Virus record (IMG/VR): IMGVR_UViG_3300048856_000031
Location: 1 to 28,433 of that record
DNA length: 28,433 nt
Source of the DNA: a virus
Taxonomy: Duplodnaviria; Caudoviricetes
Direction: 5' to 3' (one strand)
Within the stretch, counting starts at the first letter, position 1, and every line of letters begins with the position of its first letter. Made by a program: the position numbers and the translations under genes. Under the pieces are notes generated by a model. The model did not search any database. It was not told where the DNA came from and worked only from the letters and a program-made list of their open reading frames with translations. Of the stretch, positions 1 to 8,286 are shown one piece after another.

Positions 1-1
1 G

Positions 2-139
2 AAGTTTGCGACCCTGATGGAAGCGCAAGGGCAAGAGGGCGATGGACCAGAAGCCGTCCGCTCCTTCGCCATCTCCTGCCACAAGACGGCCCGTGAACTC
101 TCCGAGAGAGCCAATCAGGAGCGCCCCACCCATGACTGA
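2..139 (+). CDS. 3' end of a hypothetical phage protein (partial; ...KFATLMEAQGQEGDGPEAVRSFAISCHKTARELSERANQERPTHD*)
   Basis: Frame open from the window edge to TGA 137-139, overlapping the next ATG at 132 (ATGACTGA). Confidence 0.5.
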   Translation, partial: KFATLMEAQGQEGDGPEAVRSFAISCHKTARELSERANQERPTHD

Positions 140-293
140 CCGCGCCAACCAGAGCACGAGCACGGGCGAGGTGGGGAGGGTGGTTTGCTGGTGGTGCAAC
201 GGCCGTGGCTGGATTTGGGCCGCTGGTCCGGGCGAGCGGTACCAGGAGCGGTGCGATGTGTGCCAACCCACCCCACCCCAGGACACCCCCTGA
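132..293 (+). CDS. Small zinc-finger protein (CxxCxGxG...CxxC, resembling a DnaJ-type Zn finger), 53 aa
   Basis: CWWCNGRG and CDVC motifs; AGGAG upstream of ATG 132 and overlap with the previous stop favour this start over 42. Confidence 0.6.
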   Translation: MTDRANQSTSTGEVGRVVCWWCNGRGWIWAAGPGERYQERCDVCQPTPPQDTP

Positions 294-358
294 TGCGCGA
301 CCTCTGGAGGCTGATCAAAGGCGTGGTGCGGGTTCTCGAATGGATGGGGAGGAAGTGA
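293..358 (+). CDS. Putative 21-aa small protein MRDLWRLIKGVVRVLEWMGRK
   Basis: TGATG coupling to the upstream stop, GTGA overlap with the downstream ORF, AGGA upstream; fills the gap exactly. Confidence 0.45.
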   Translation: MRDLWRLIKGVVRVLEWMGRK

Positions 359-612
359 GCATGACGCATGAGCAGAAGCGGATTGAGAACGCCTTGGTGG
401 ATGGCTGGGAGGCCATGACGGAACGCTTCCCCAACCTTGGGTTCCGGTCCTGTCGCGAGGCCCAGGACGCGGGCGCAACGGCCATCGTCGCGTTCCTGCG
501 CGGGCTGGAGAAGTCCGGCGACTGGATGGTGACGCCATCCATTCTGGCCGATCAGGTCGAAATAGCCGCCCGCCCCGGAGCCGCGGACGGACAGGAGGGG
601 GTGGGGGGATGA
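355..612 (+). CDS. Hypothetical phage protein (start GTG 355 or ATG 361)
   Basis: GGGAGGA Shine-Dalgarno before 355/361; stop overlaps the next ATG (ATGA at 609-612). Confidence 0.6.
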   Translation: MSMTHEQKRIENALVDGWEAMTERFPNLGFRSCREAQDAGATAIVAFLRGLEKSGDWMVTPSILADQVEIAARPGAADGQEGVGG

Positions 613-1301
613 GCCAGTCCGTGACACAGCGCGCGCTGAGGGCCGGACACACCCGAGCCGTCGATGGCCCCTTCTGCCCCATGATGAGCCCGCAGGAGCG
701 AGCCGAAGTCAGCAAGAGGATCGAGGCTGTGCGCCAGGCTGCCGAAGCGATCAGGGCAGATCGGGCTTCTGCCGTCATTGAGCCCCTGCCGCCCACCCCA
801 GGCCGCAAGGGGAAGAAGCCCATGCAGCAGCCCGACTATGGCCCGGTTGTCCGCCTGAAGCGGGGCGAGGTGGAGAAGACCCAGGGACCCGACCCCGAGA
901 GCCCGAAGGATGATATCCGCCGGGCCAAGCTGGTTGTGGCATACGAGGTACTGTGGCGCGCCAAGGCCATCGATGATGCTCAGCGCGAGGCATGCGACCG
1001 CTACCTGATGGACGCCGAGGCGGCAGAAGGTGCCAAGGACGCTCAGGGGAACGCCGTGGGGCGCCTGGAGCCGTGGCGGAAGGGGCATCCACCGGAGCGG
1101 CAGCTACAGGCGCTGGTAAGCCTTAGGAACGCTCGTGCCGCTCTCGGCCCGAATGGCCGGGCTCTGTGTGACCTGCTGATGCTGGAGAACCTGTCAGTAC
1201 GGAAGATTGCAGAACGCCGAGGCGAGCGGCAGGAGGTGACGATGGGTCAACTGTTGGCCAGCCTCACACGACTGGCCGAGCATTGGAACATGAGTGCTTG
1301 A
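609..1301 (+). CDS. Putative late-gene regulator/antiterminator (DUF6456-like, C-terminal helix-turn-helix)
   Basis: C-terminal LMLENLSVRKIAERRGERQEVTMGQLLASLTRLAEHW looks like an HTH; sits in the lambda-Q position before a promoter, terminator and packaging genes. Confidence 0.65.
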   Translation: MSQSVTQRALRAGHTRAVDGPFCPMMSPQERAEVSKRIEAVRQAAEAIRADRASAVIEPLPPTPGRKGKKPMQQPDYGPVVRLKRGEVEKTQGPDPESPKDDIRRAKLVVAYEVLWRAKAIDDAQREACDRYLMDAEAAEGAKDAQGNAVGRLEPWRKGHPPERQLQALVSLRNARAALGPNGRALCDLLMLENLSVRKIAERRGERQEVTMGQLLASLTRLAEHWNMSA

Positions 1302-1338
1302 CAGGTGTCGGACACTTGTGGCAGCAGAACAATACGAT
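1298..1338 (+). promoter_or_regulatory. Candidate late promoter: TTGACA -35, 19-bp imperfect palindrome in the spacer, downstream -10-like TACGAT
   Basis: TTGACA 1298-1303; ACAGGTGTC-G-GACACTTGT 1301-1319; TACGAT 1333-1338; no convincing -10 at canonical spacing. Confidence 0.5.
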
Positions 1339-1353
1339 CAGATGATTGCGTCC

Positions 1354-1386
1354 GAAGCCCTAGGAGCCCACGCTCCCGGGGCTTTT
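1354..1386 (+). terminator. Intrinsic terminator (tR'-like, possibly bidirectional)
   Basis: GAAGCCCTAGGAGC-CCAC-GCTCCCGGGGCTTTT hairpin ending in T residues; lies between convergent transcription units. Confidence 0.7.
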
Positions 1387-1409
1387 GCGTTTATCCGGCT
1401 GGCGGCCGG

Positions 1410-1802
1410 TTAAGCGTCGCATCTCAGCGGAGCTAAGTTTACCATCCCCGAGGCTAGCCGTTCACCCTGTACCGTCCCATCAGGCTGAAGAGCGAAGGTG
1501 AAGCGTACGCGTGAGCCAAAGCTGAAAGCATTGTTGGCGATCCGAGCGCGAAACCTACTCGGTGGATTGTTCGCAAATTGGTAAGTGCCAGCGGCCTCAC
1601 CGAGAGGCGTTATCTGTTCGACGATTAAGGTCGCTGGGAGCGCGCCATCCCAGTAGCCAGTCCACCGGCCAACGAAACCATCACATTCTTGCCGCGCAGA
1701 TTGCGCCGTTGCGCCGGCAAGGGTGGTTGTTGGGCTCGGGCCGTCCGGAGCACAAGCGAGTAACGGCGCTGCCGCTGCAACGGCAAGTAGATGCACTCTC
1801 AT
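1410..1802 (-). CDS. Lipoprotein moron of unknown function, 130 aa
   Basis: Signal peptide with lipobox LLAC; GAGGAGG SD; opposite strand and lower GC than flanking genes. Confidence 0.75.
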   Translation of the reverse strand: MRVHLLAVAAAAPLLACAPDGPSPTTTLAGATAQSARQECDGFVGRWTGYWDGALPATLIVEQITPLGEAAGTYQFANNPPSRFRARIANNAFSFGSRVRFTFALQPDGTVQGERLASGMVNLAPLRCDA

Positions 1803-1915
1803 GCTTCCTCCTCAACCATTCTCATTACCAATTCGACACATTGCCCTATGAGCTGGCTTTATAACAAGGCCAGACGCTGGGGGATGTGACTGGCTTTGCC
1901 ATCTGGAGGATTGAG

Positions 1916-2269
1916 ATGCCGAAGCAGCGCGATCCCTTCTACGTCTCCCCCGAGTGGCTGGCCCTGCGGGAACATTGCTTCCGGCGTGACGGCTTCTGCT
2001 GCGTGGTGCTGGGCTGCCGCACCCCGACGCAGGAACTGACCTGCGACCATATCCAGGCGCGGCCTCGTGGCGCGGTCGGCCTGACCCAACATGACACCCT
2101 CTCCAACCTCCGCACCCTCTGCGGCCCCCACGACCGAAGCGTCAAGGAACTGGCGAATGGCCAGCGACGCAACGGCGGCAGGCTCGCTGTGCGGGGCTGT
2201 GACGCCGCTGGGCGACCTCTCGACCCGAGCCACCCCTGGAACCGCAGGCAGCCCTCAGCGCCTCGCTGA
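1916..2269 (+). CDS. Packaging-associated HNH endonuclease (HK97 gp74-like)
   Basis: FYxSxEW..LR, RDGFCC, DHI, NLRTLC motifs and C-terminal GCDAAGRPLDPSHPWN; GGAGGA SD before ATG 1916; directly upstream of TerS. Confidence 0.9.
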   Translation: MPKQRDPFYVSPEWLALREHCFRRDGFCCVVLGCRTPTQELTCDHIQARPRGAVGLTQHDTLSNLRTLCGPHDRSVKELANGQRRNGGRLAVRGCDAAGRPLDPSHPWNRRQPSAPR

Positions 2270-2414
2270 GGCGGCCCTCGGCCCATCCTGACCGGGGGGG
2301 GCGGGATCAAGATCGGGCCGGGATGGGGCCCTGGACCGACTGGGGCCTTCCTTTGTGCAGGGAGCAAAAATCAGAGGGGGGGGTTTCGGCCTATTCCCCT
2401 GTTTTGGAACGAAA
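2270..2414. other. Candidate cos/packaging-initiation region
   Basis: Non-coding gap between HNH and terS with G8 runs at 2294-2301 and 2376-2383 and GACCG motifs; this is where cos lies in HK97-like phages. Confidence 0.55.
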
Positions 2415-2864
2415 ATGGCACTCGATGTGATCGCAGGGCCTGGGATGGATGTCGAGGAGCCCGATTGGGAGCTTCTGATCGCTGACCGGGCCGATGGGCT
2501 GCACGGCAAGCTGCGGAAGATGGCGCGGCGTGAGTGGTCGCGGGTTTGCGGCGAGCTTCGCGACATGCAGACCCTGGCAGCGGTGAACCGTCACGCCATC
2601 CAGCGGCTGGTGATCGCCTACATCCGGTATGACCTGGCGGTCGCCCAGGTGATGCAGGAAGGCGCGGTGGTGAAATCGCCCAACACTGGCGTCCCACAAC
2701 TGAGCCTCTGGCAGGTCGAGATGCGGCAGGCCGACAGCGACGCCACCAGCGCAGAGATGGAACTGTGCTTGAACCCGCGTCGTCGCGGGTCTGCCACCAA
2801 GGTGCAGAGGAAGGCCAAGCGTGTCACGGCGGCGGACGGATACCTCAAGCGAGCGGGCGGCTGA
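2415..2864 (+). CDS. terS: Terminase small subunit (P27 family-like)
   Basis: ARREWSRVCGEL...ELCLNPRRR pattern typical of P27-family TerS; between HNH and TerL; ATG 2415 preferred over GTG 2355. Confidence 0.9.
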   Translation: MALDVIAGPGMDVEEPDWELLIADRADGLHGKLRKMARREWSRVCGELRDMQTLAAVNRHAIQRLVIAYIRYDLAVAQVMQEGAVVKSPNTGVPQLSLWQVEMRQADSDATSAEMELCLNPRRRGSATKVQRKAKRVTAADGYLKRAGG

Positions 2865-4626
2865 TCCGACCACCGCCTGGGCGCAGGATGTCGTCTCAGG
2901 CAAGATCATCTCCGGCGAACTGGTCCGACACGCTGCGGAGCGGCACCTGCGGGATCTGAAGGACGGGCCGGCGAGGGGATTGCACTGGAGCCCTGAGCAG
3001 GCAGCGCGTGCCATCGGGTTCTTCCCGGCGGTCCTGAGCGTCACCGCCGGCGCCAAGGCTGGCCAGCCCTTCACTCTGCTGCCCTGGCATCTGTTCACGG
3101 TTGGCAGCCTGTTCGGTTGGCGCCGCGCGGATGGGCTGCGGCGGTTCCGGACAGCTTGGCTGGAGACGGGCAAGGGGCAGGCGAAGAGCCCGCTGATGGC
3201 CGGCGTGGGCATCCTGCTCATGGGCTACAGCAACATCGAGCGCGCCGAGGTCTATGCCATCGCCGGCAGCAAGGATCAGGCGAACGTCCTGTTCAAGGAC
3301 GCCGTGGCGATGTGCCGGGCCCAGATCCCGGGCGAGGAGCCGGGCGACACGCTGGAAGCGCGCGGCGAGGTGGTGATCCGCGGCACCGGCGACATGGCCT
3401 GGAAGATCGAGCATCCGGAAAGCCAGTCGAAGTTCCAGGCTCTGGCGGATGGCGACAGTATCTCGGGCCCTCGCCCCGCTGGGGTGCTGGCGGACGAGAT
3501 CCACGAGTTCAAGTCGGCGGCACCGATCGAGCTATGGTCGGCGGCGCTGACGAAGATGCCGGGCGACCCGCTGATGATGCTGGGCACCAACACGCCGGCG
3601 GCGGACCAGATGGTGGGCACGGAATATTCCGAGCTGTACCAGAACGTGGTGAAGGGCACCTTCAAGGACAACACGTCCTTCGTCTTCATCGCCCGGACGG
3701 ACCCGGGTGACGACCCCTTCGAGGATGAGACTTGCTGGCCGAAGGCGTTGCCGGCGCTGGGGATCACGTATCCCGCCGACAATGTGCGGAACGAGGTGGC
3801 GAAAGCCCGCGGGCTGGCGTCGAAGGCGCTGTCAGTAAAGCGCCTGTTCTTCGGTATCCCGGTCGGTTCGTCGGAATACTGGATCGACGAGGATCTGTGG
3901 GATAGCGCGCTGGGTGATGTGGATGAGGCGGACATGCAGGGCATGCCCTGCTGGCTGGGCCTTGATCCTTCCCAGCGGAACGACCTGACCGCGCTGGCCA
4001 AGGTATGGCGCGGCGCCACGGGGCACCTGTACGCCCGCATCGACTACTGGAAGCCCAAGGATGGGCTGGCGGACGCTGAGGCGAAGGACAAGGCGCCTTA
4101 CCCGCAGTGGGTCCAGGAAAAGCTGCTGAATGCTGTGCCGGGACGGACTATCGGGATGGACTTCGTGGTGGCCGAGGTCGAGCGGATGACAGTGCGACAT
4201 AACGTCGAGGCGATGGCCTTTGACTTGGCGCACTTCAATGGCTTCAGGGATGAGGCGTCCGAGGCAGGCTTTGCCACCTGGGAGTACCAGGGCCCGAAGG
4301 AGCCTGCAGGCTCTGGCCTGAAGATGATCCGGCACGCGCAGGGCCAAAGGGGTCTGCATTCAGAGAAGCAGCTCTGGATGCCTCGCTCGGTGCAGGCGCT
4401 GGAGGATCTGATCCTCTCCGGCGGCATCACCATCCACGACAGCGCCGTGACCCGCTGGTGCTCGGGCAATGCCACGCTGATCAGCGACGGGCAGGGCAAC
4501 AGGTTCTTCGACAAGAAGCGGTCACGGGGCCGCATCGACGGGATGGTGGCTTTGGCCATGGCTGTGGGTGCGGCAGGTGCCGTGACTGCGGCCCCACAAG
4601 TCGACGTGGCGGCGATGTTGGTCTGA
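2821..4626 (+). CDS. terL: Terminase large subunit
   Basis: Walker A-like ETGKGQAKS, Walker B VLADEIHE, nuclease motifs GLDPSQRNDLTA and RIDGMVALAMA; 601 aa. Confidence 0.97.
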   Translation: MSRRRTDTSSERAADPTTAWAQDVVSGKIISGELVRHAAERHLRDLKDGPARGLHWSPEQAARAIGFFPAVLSVTAGAKAGQPFTLLPWHLFTVGSLFGWRRADGLRRFRTAWLETGKGQAKSPLMAGVGILLMGYSNIERAEVYAIAGSKDQANVLFKDAVAMCRAQIPGEEPGDTLEARGEVVIRGTGDMAWKIEHPESQSKFQALADGDSISGPRPAGVLADEIHEFKSAAPIELWSAALTKMPGDPLMMLGTNTPAADQMVGTEYSELYQNVVKGTFKDNTSFVFIARTDPGDDPFEDETCWPKALPALGITYPADNVRNEVAKARGLASKALSVKRLFFGIPVGSSEYWIDEDLWDSALGDVDEADMQGMPCWLGLDPSQRNDLTALAKVWRGATGHLYARIDYWKPKDGLADAEAKDKAPYPQWVQEKLLNAVPGRTIGMDFVVAEVERMTVRHNVEAMAFDLAHFNGFRDEASEAGFATWEYQGPKEPAGSGLKMIRHAQGQRGLHSEKQLWMPRSVQALEDLILSGGITIHDSAVTRWCSGNATLISDGQGNRFFDKKRSRGRIDGMVALAMAVGAAGAVTAAPQVDVAAMLV

Positions 4627-4638
4627 ACGGAGATTGAA

Positions 4639-6582
4639 ATGCAGCATCGCACATCGGTGTCCGAAGGGGCGGGACTGGATTTCGTCATCTCTGACGGCAG
4701 CCGCGACCGCCACGGAACACGGATAAACCCCGCTGGTTGGGATCTGACCAACTTCAAGCGGAACCCAATCGCGCTCTTTGGCCACTCCAGCGGCTTTCCG
4801 ATCGGGCGCTGGGAGAACGTCAGGGTTGAGGGCGAGAAACTGCTCGGCCGCCTGGTGCTGGCGTCGAAGGGCACCAGTGCCCGCATTGATGAACTGGCGA
4901 GCCTGGTTGAGCAGGGCATCCTGCGCGCCGTCTCGGTCGGCTTCTCGGTGCTGGAGTACGGCACCCCGGGCAAGAGCCCCTACGATTACATGAAACAGGA
5001 GTTGGCCGAGGTCTCGCTGGTGTCGGTTCCGTCCAACACTAACGCGCTCGCAATGGCGCGCGGCCTCAACATCTCCCCCGAAACGCTGTCCCTGGCCTTT
5101 GGCGAGCATGCCGATATGGGTGCGGGACACGTCACTGCCGGCGGGCACGCCGAACACCGGACCGCGACCGAGAGCCGAGCCCGAGGGGCCGATCCGGCGC
5201 AACGCAAAGGCAAGACGATGAATATTTCCCAGCGCATCGAGAACGCGCAGGTGGCCCTGAACGCGGCGCGGGACGCCTATCAGAACCACGTCTCGGAGGA
5301 CGATTACGATATCGAGCAGGCCCGGGAGCTGAAAGAAGCCATGGACGGGCGCCAGGAGCGGCTCAATTCGCTGAAGGAGGTGGAGCGGTCTCTGGGCAGC
5401 ACCACGATCTCCACAGGCGGCACTCCGCCCCGCGGCACCGCCGCCCCCGCGCTCCGCCGCCCTCTGGGGCTGAAGGAGCGCGAGGCCAAGCCGGGTGATA
5501 TGGTCGTTCGCGCTGCGGTCGTGAGCGTCCTGTCCCAGGTGACGCAGCGCGATCCGATTTCCGTTCTGGAGGAGCGCTACCGGGACCATGAGGCGACGAA
5601 CGTGTTCGTCCGCGCCGCCGTGGACCCGGCCAAGACCACGGTTTCCGGCTGGGCCTCCGAATTGATCGAGACGGAGACGGTGGCGTTCCTGGAGACGCTG
5701 CGCGAGGCGTCGTTCTACCCCCGCCTAGCCGCAATGGGCGCGAACCTTCAGTTCGGCCCCGGCCGCGGCTCCATCAAGATCCCGTCCCGCACCGCCACGC
5801 CGAGCATCAGCGGCTCGTTCGTCGCGGAAGGTTCGCCGATCCCGGTGCGCCGCCTCGGCCTGACTTCCATCTCGCTCAACCCTCACAAGATGGGTGTGAT
5901 CTCCTACTTCACCCGCGAGGTGGCGAAGTACAGCAACCCGCAGATCGAGGGCCTGCTGCGGCAGGAGATCCAGGGCGATACGGCGGACACCATCGACACC
6001 CTCCTGACGGATGCTGTCGCTGGCAGCAATACCCGCCCGGCCGGCCTCCTCTACGGCGTTTCCGCCCTCACTGCCTCCACGGCCGGCGGCTGGACCGCCA
6101 TCATGGAGGATGTCGACACCCTGGCGGCGCCCTTCGACACTGCCAAGGCGGGCCGCAACCTCGTCCTGCTTGTGAACCGTCGCGAGGCGCGGCGCCTGGC
6201 CTTCAACCCTGGCCCGGATGACCGGATGGGCGCGATGCGCGCGCTGCTCGCTGAAGCCGGCATCACCGTGATCTCCTCGGTGAACGTGCCGGCCGGACGG
6301 CTGATCATGCTCGATGCGGCCGACTTCGCCACGGCAGCCGGCGACCAGCCGGAGTTTGAGGCGAGCGAGCAGGCCGTGATCCATGCCGAGGACACTTCCC
6401 CGGCGCAGATCGGCACCGCAGGCTCTCCGGCCACGGTGGCGGCTCCGGTCATCTCCATGTTCCAGACGGCGAGCATCGCTCTGCGCATGCTTCTCGATGT
6501 GACCTGGGCGATGCGCCGCGCCGGCATGGTGCAGTGGATCGACGGGGCTGACTGGAAGCACCAGCCGCCGCCGGCGGCCTGA
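4639..6582 (+). CDS. HK97-family prohead protease fused to major capsid protein
   Basis: N-terminal NPIALFGH, RAVSVGF, ELAEVSLVSVPSN protease motifs; coiled-coil delta-like segment; HK97-fold motifs FVAEGSPIP, RPAGLL, SMFQTASIALR; one 647-aa frame. Confidence 0.93.
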   Translation: MQHRTSVSEGAGLDFVISDGSRDRHGTRINPAGWDLTNFKRNPIALFGHSSGFPIGRWENVRVEGEKLLGRLVLASKGTSARIDELASLVEQGILRAVSVGFSVLEYGTPGKSPYDYMKQELAEVSLVSVPSNTNALAMARGLNISPETLSLAFGEHADMGAGHVTAGGHAEHRTATESRARGADPAQRKGKTMNISQRIENAQVALNAARDAYQNHVSEDDYDIEQARELKEAMDGRQERLNSLKEVERSLGSTTISTGGTPPRGTAAPALRRPLGLKEREAKPGDMVVRAAVVSVLSQVTQRDPISVLEERYRDHEATNVFVRAAVDPAKTTVSGWASELIETETVAFLETLREASFYPRLAAMGANLQFGPGRGSIKIPSRTATPSISGSFVAEGSPIPVRRLGLTSISLNPHKMGVISYFTREVAKYSNPQIEGLLRQEIQGDTADTIDTLLTDAVAGSNTRPAGLLYGVSALTASTAGGWTAIMEDVDTLAAPFDTAKAGRNLVLLVNRREARRLAFNPGPDDRMGAMRALLAEAGITVISSVNVPAGRLIMLDAADFATAAGDQPEFEASEQAVIHAEDTSPAQIGTAGSPATVAAPVISMFQTASIALRMLLDVTWAMRRAGMVQWIDGADWKHQPPPAA

Positions 6583-6590
6583 CGTTGAGG

Positions 6591-6615
6591 GGGCGGGGCG
6601 CCAGCCGCCCCGTCC
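6591..6615 (+). promoter_or_regulatory. GC-rich hairpin after the capsid gene (mRNA stabiliser or weak terminator)
   Basis: GGGCGGGGCG-CCAGC-CGCCCCGTCC, 10-bp stem with one G-U, no U tract. Confidence 0.45.
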
Positions 6616-6648
6616 ATCCCCTTGGGACTGACGGAAAGGGAACGACCA

Positions 6649-6897
6649 ATGTCTGAGACCAACGTGAAGCGCAACACTGAGAAGGCGGAGGCGAGCAAGC
6701 CCGACGCGGCGGCCGATCCGAAGCCCCAGCCTGCGCCGAAGCCCGTCGAGGCGGAGAGCAAGGACGACACCACCCCGTCACCGACCCAGGCCGAGGCGGA
6801 TGCGATCCGCCTGAACGCCGGGCGGGGCGGCGTCGCTCCAGCCAGTGCCACCCGCGAGGTGAAGGCCGGTTCTGGCCCGCAGTACGAGACCCGGTAA
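6649..6897 (+). CDS. Small low-complexity head-region protein ending in QYETR, 82 aa
   Basis: GAAAGGG SD before ATG 6649; stop abuts the portal ATG (TAAATG). Confidence 0.75.
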   Translation: MSETNVKRNTEKAEASKPDAAADPKPQPAPKPVEAESKDDTTPSPTQAEADAIRLNAGRGGVAPASATREVKAGSGPQYETR

Positions 6898-8286
6898 ATG
6901 GCCGGCTGGCTGGCGCGCACATTTCAGTCTCTGAGGCGGTCGGGCGAGGGCGGTCACCGCGCTGGCCCGTACCTGCTTTCGGATGGTGTGCTGTCCGCGT
7001 CAGCTGGCCGCTTCCTCAACTTCTGGCAGAACGGGCACTCGCTGCAGCCGTATGGCGAATGCAGCGCCATGGTGGAGGCATGCGTCTCCGCCTATGCGCA
7101 GACCGTCGCTATGTGCCCCGGCGACCATTGGCGGAAGCTGGAGAACGGCGGGCGCGAGCGAGTAGCCGGCTCGGCCTTGAGCCGGGTTATCCGGCGACCG
7201 AACGACTATCAGTCGATCAGCGACTTCCTGCTCAACCTGACGCGCCGGCTCTACTCGACGGGCGAGGCATTTGCCCTGGCCACGCGGAACGAGCGTGGAG
7301 AGATCGCCGAGTTGCACCTGATGCGCAAAGGCAGAGCCCTGGTCGCGGATGACGGCTCCATTTTCTACGGGCTCTCGGGAAATGAGGTGGTGGAACGTCG
7401 CTTCGACCTCTCCTTTCCCATCCCAGCGCGAGACGTGCTCCACGTCCGCCTGCATACACCGAACCATGCCCTGAAGGGCGTCAGCCCCATCCTTTCGACT
7501 GCGCTAGACCAAGCCCTCGCCGGCGCTGCGCTGAACCAGCAGGTGGCCTTCTACCTCAACCAGGCACGCCCCAGCTTCATGCTGGAGACGGACGAGAAGC
7601 TGACCCGAGAGCAGGCGCGCGAACTCCGCGCCGGATGGGACGAGCAGACCAAGGGCGAGAATGCTGGCGGGACGCCGATCCTGTCATGGGGCCTCAAGGC
7701 CAAGCCGGTGACGACCACCGCCAACGACGGCCAGCTGGCTGAACTGCTCAAGATGAGCGAGCAGAATGTGGCCCTGGCATTCCGTATACCGCTCCAGATC
7801 CTCGGGATCGGAGGCACTCCGTTCGCCTCTACCGAAGCGCTCATGTCTGCCTGGAAGGCCTCGGGGCTCGGCTTCGCCCTGAACCACATCGAGGAGGCGT
7901 TCGGCCTCCTGTTCCGCCTGCGCGGCATGCCGGATGAATACGTGGAGTTCGACACGAAGGCGCTGCTCCGCAGCAACTTCAAGGAGTGGATCGAGGGCCT
8001 GGCGCGCAGCACGATCAGCGGCATCCATTCGTCCGATGAGGCGCGGAACGAGCTTGACCTGCCAGTGACCCCGGGCGGCCACGGCGCCATGCCGCGTGTC
8101 CAGCAGCAGGTCGTCCCACTGAGCTACGGCACCGACATGCGGCCCCCGCAACCTGCATCGGCCTCGCCGACGCCTTCTGATGAGGATGCCGATGCAGCAG
8201 ATCGAAGCCCAGGAGAGTTCGAGCGCGACTTCGTCGCCGATCTCCTCACCGCAGCGGACGAGGCAGACCGCCGTGCAACTGCCTGA
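6898..8286 (+). CDS. Portal protein (HK97 family)
   Basis: VEACVSAYAQTVA, RRPNDYQS, DVLHVR, LKGVSP, VALAFRIP, DEARNELDLP motifs; 462 aa. Confidence 0.95.
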   Translation: MAGWLARTFQSLRRSGEGGHRAGPYLLSDGVLSASAGRFLNFWQNGHSLQPYGECSAMVEACVSAYAQTVAMCPGDHWRKLENGGRERVAGSALSRVIRRPNDYQSISDFLLNLTRRLYSTGEAFALATRNERGEIAELHLMRKGRALVADDGSIFYGLSGNEVVERRFDLSFPIPARDVLHVRLHTPNHALKGVSPILSTALDQALAGAALNQQVAFYLNQARPSFMLETDEKLTREQARELRAGWDEQTKGENAGGTPILSWGLKAKPVTTTANDGQLAELLKMSEQNVALAFRIPLQILGIGGTPFASTEALMSAWKASGLGFALNHIEEAFGLLFRLRGMPDEYVEFDTKALLRSNFKEWIEGLARSTISGIHSSDEARNELDLPVTPGGHGAMPRVQQQVVPLSYGTDMRPPQPASASPTPSDEDADAADRSPGEFERDFVADLLTAADEADRRATA

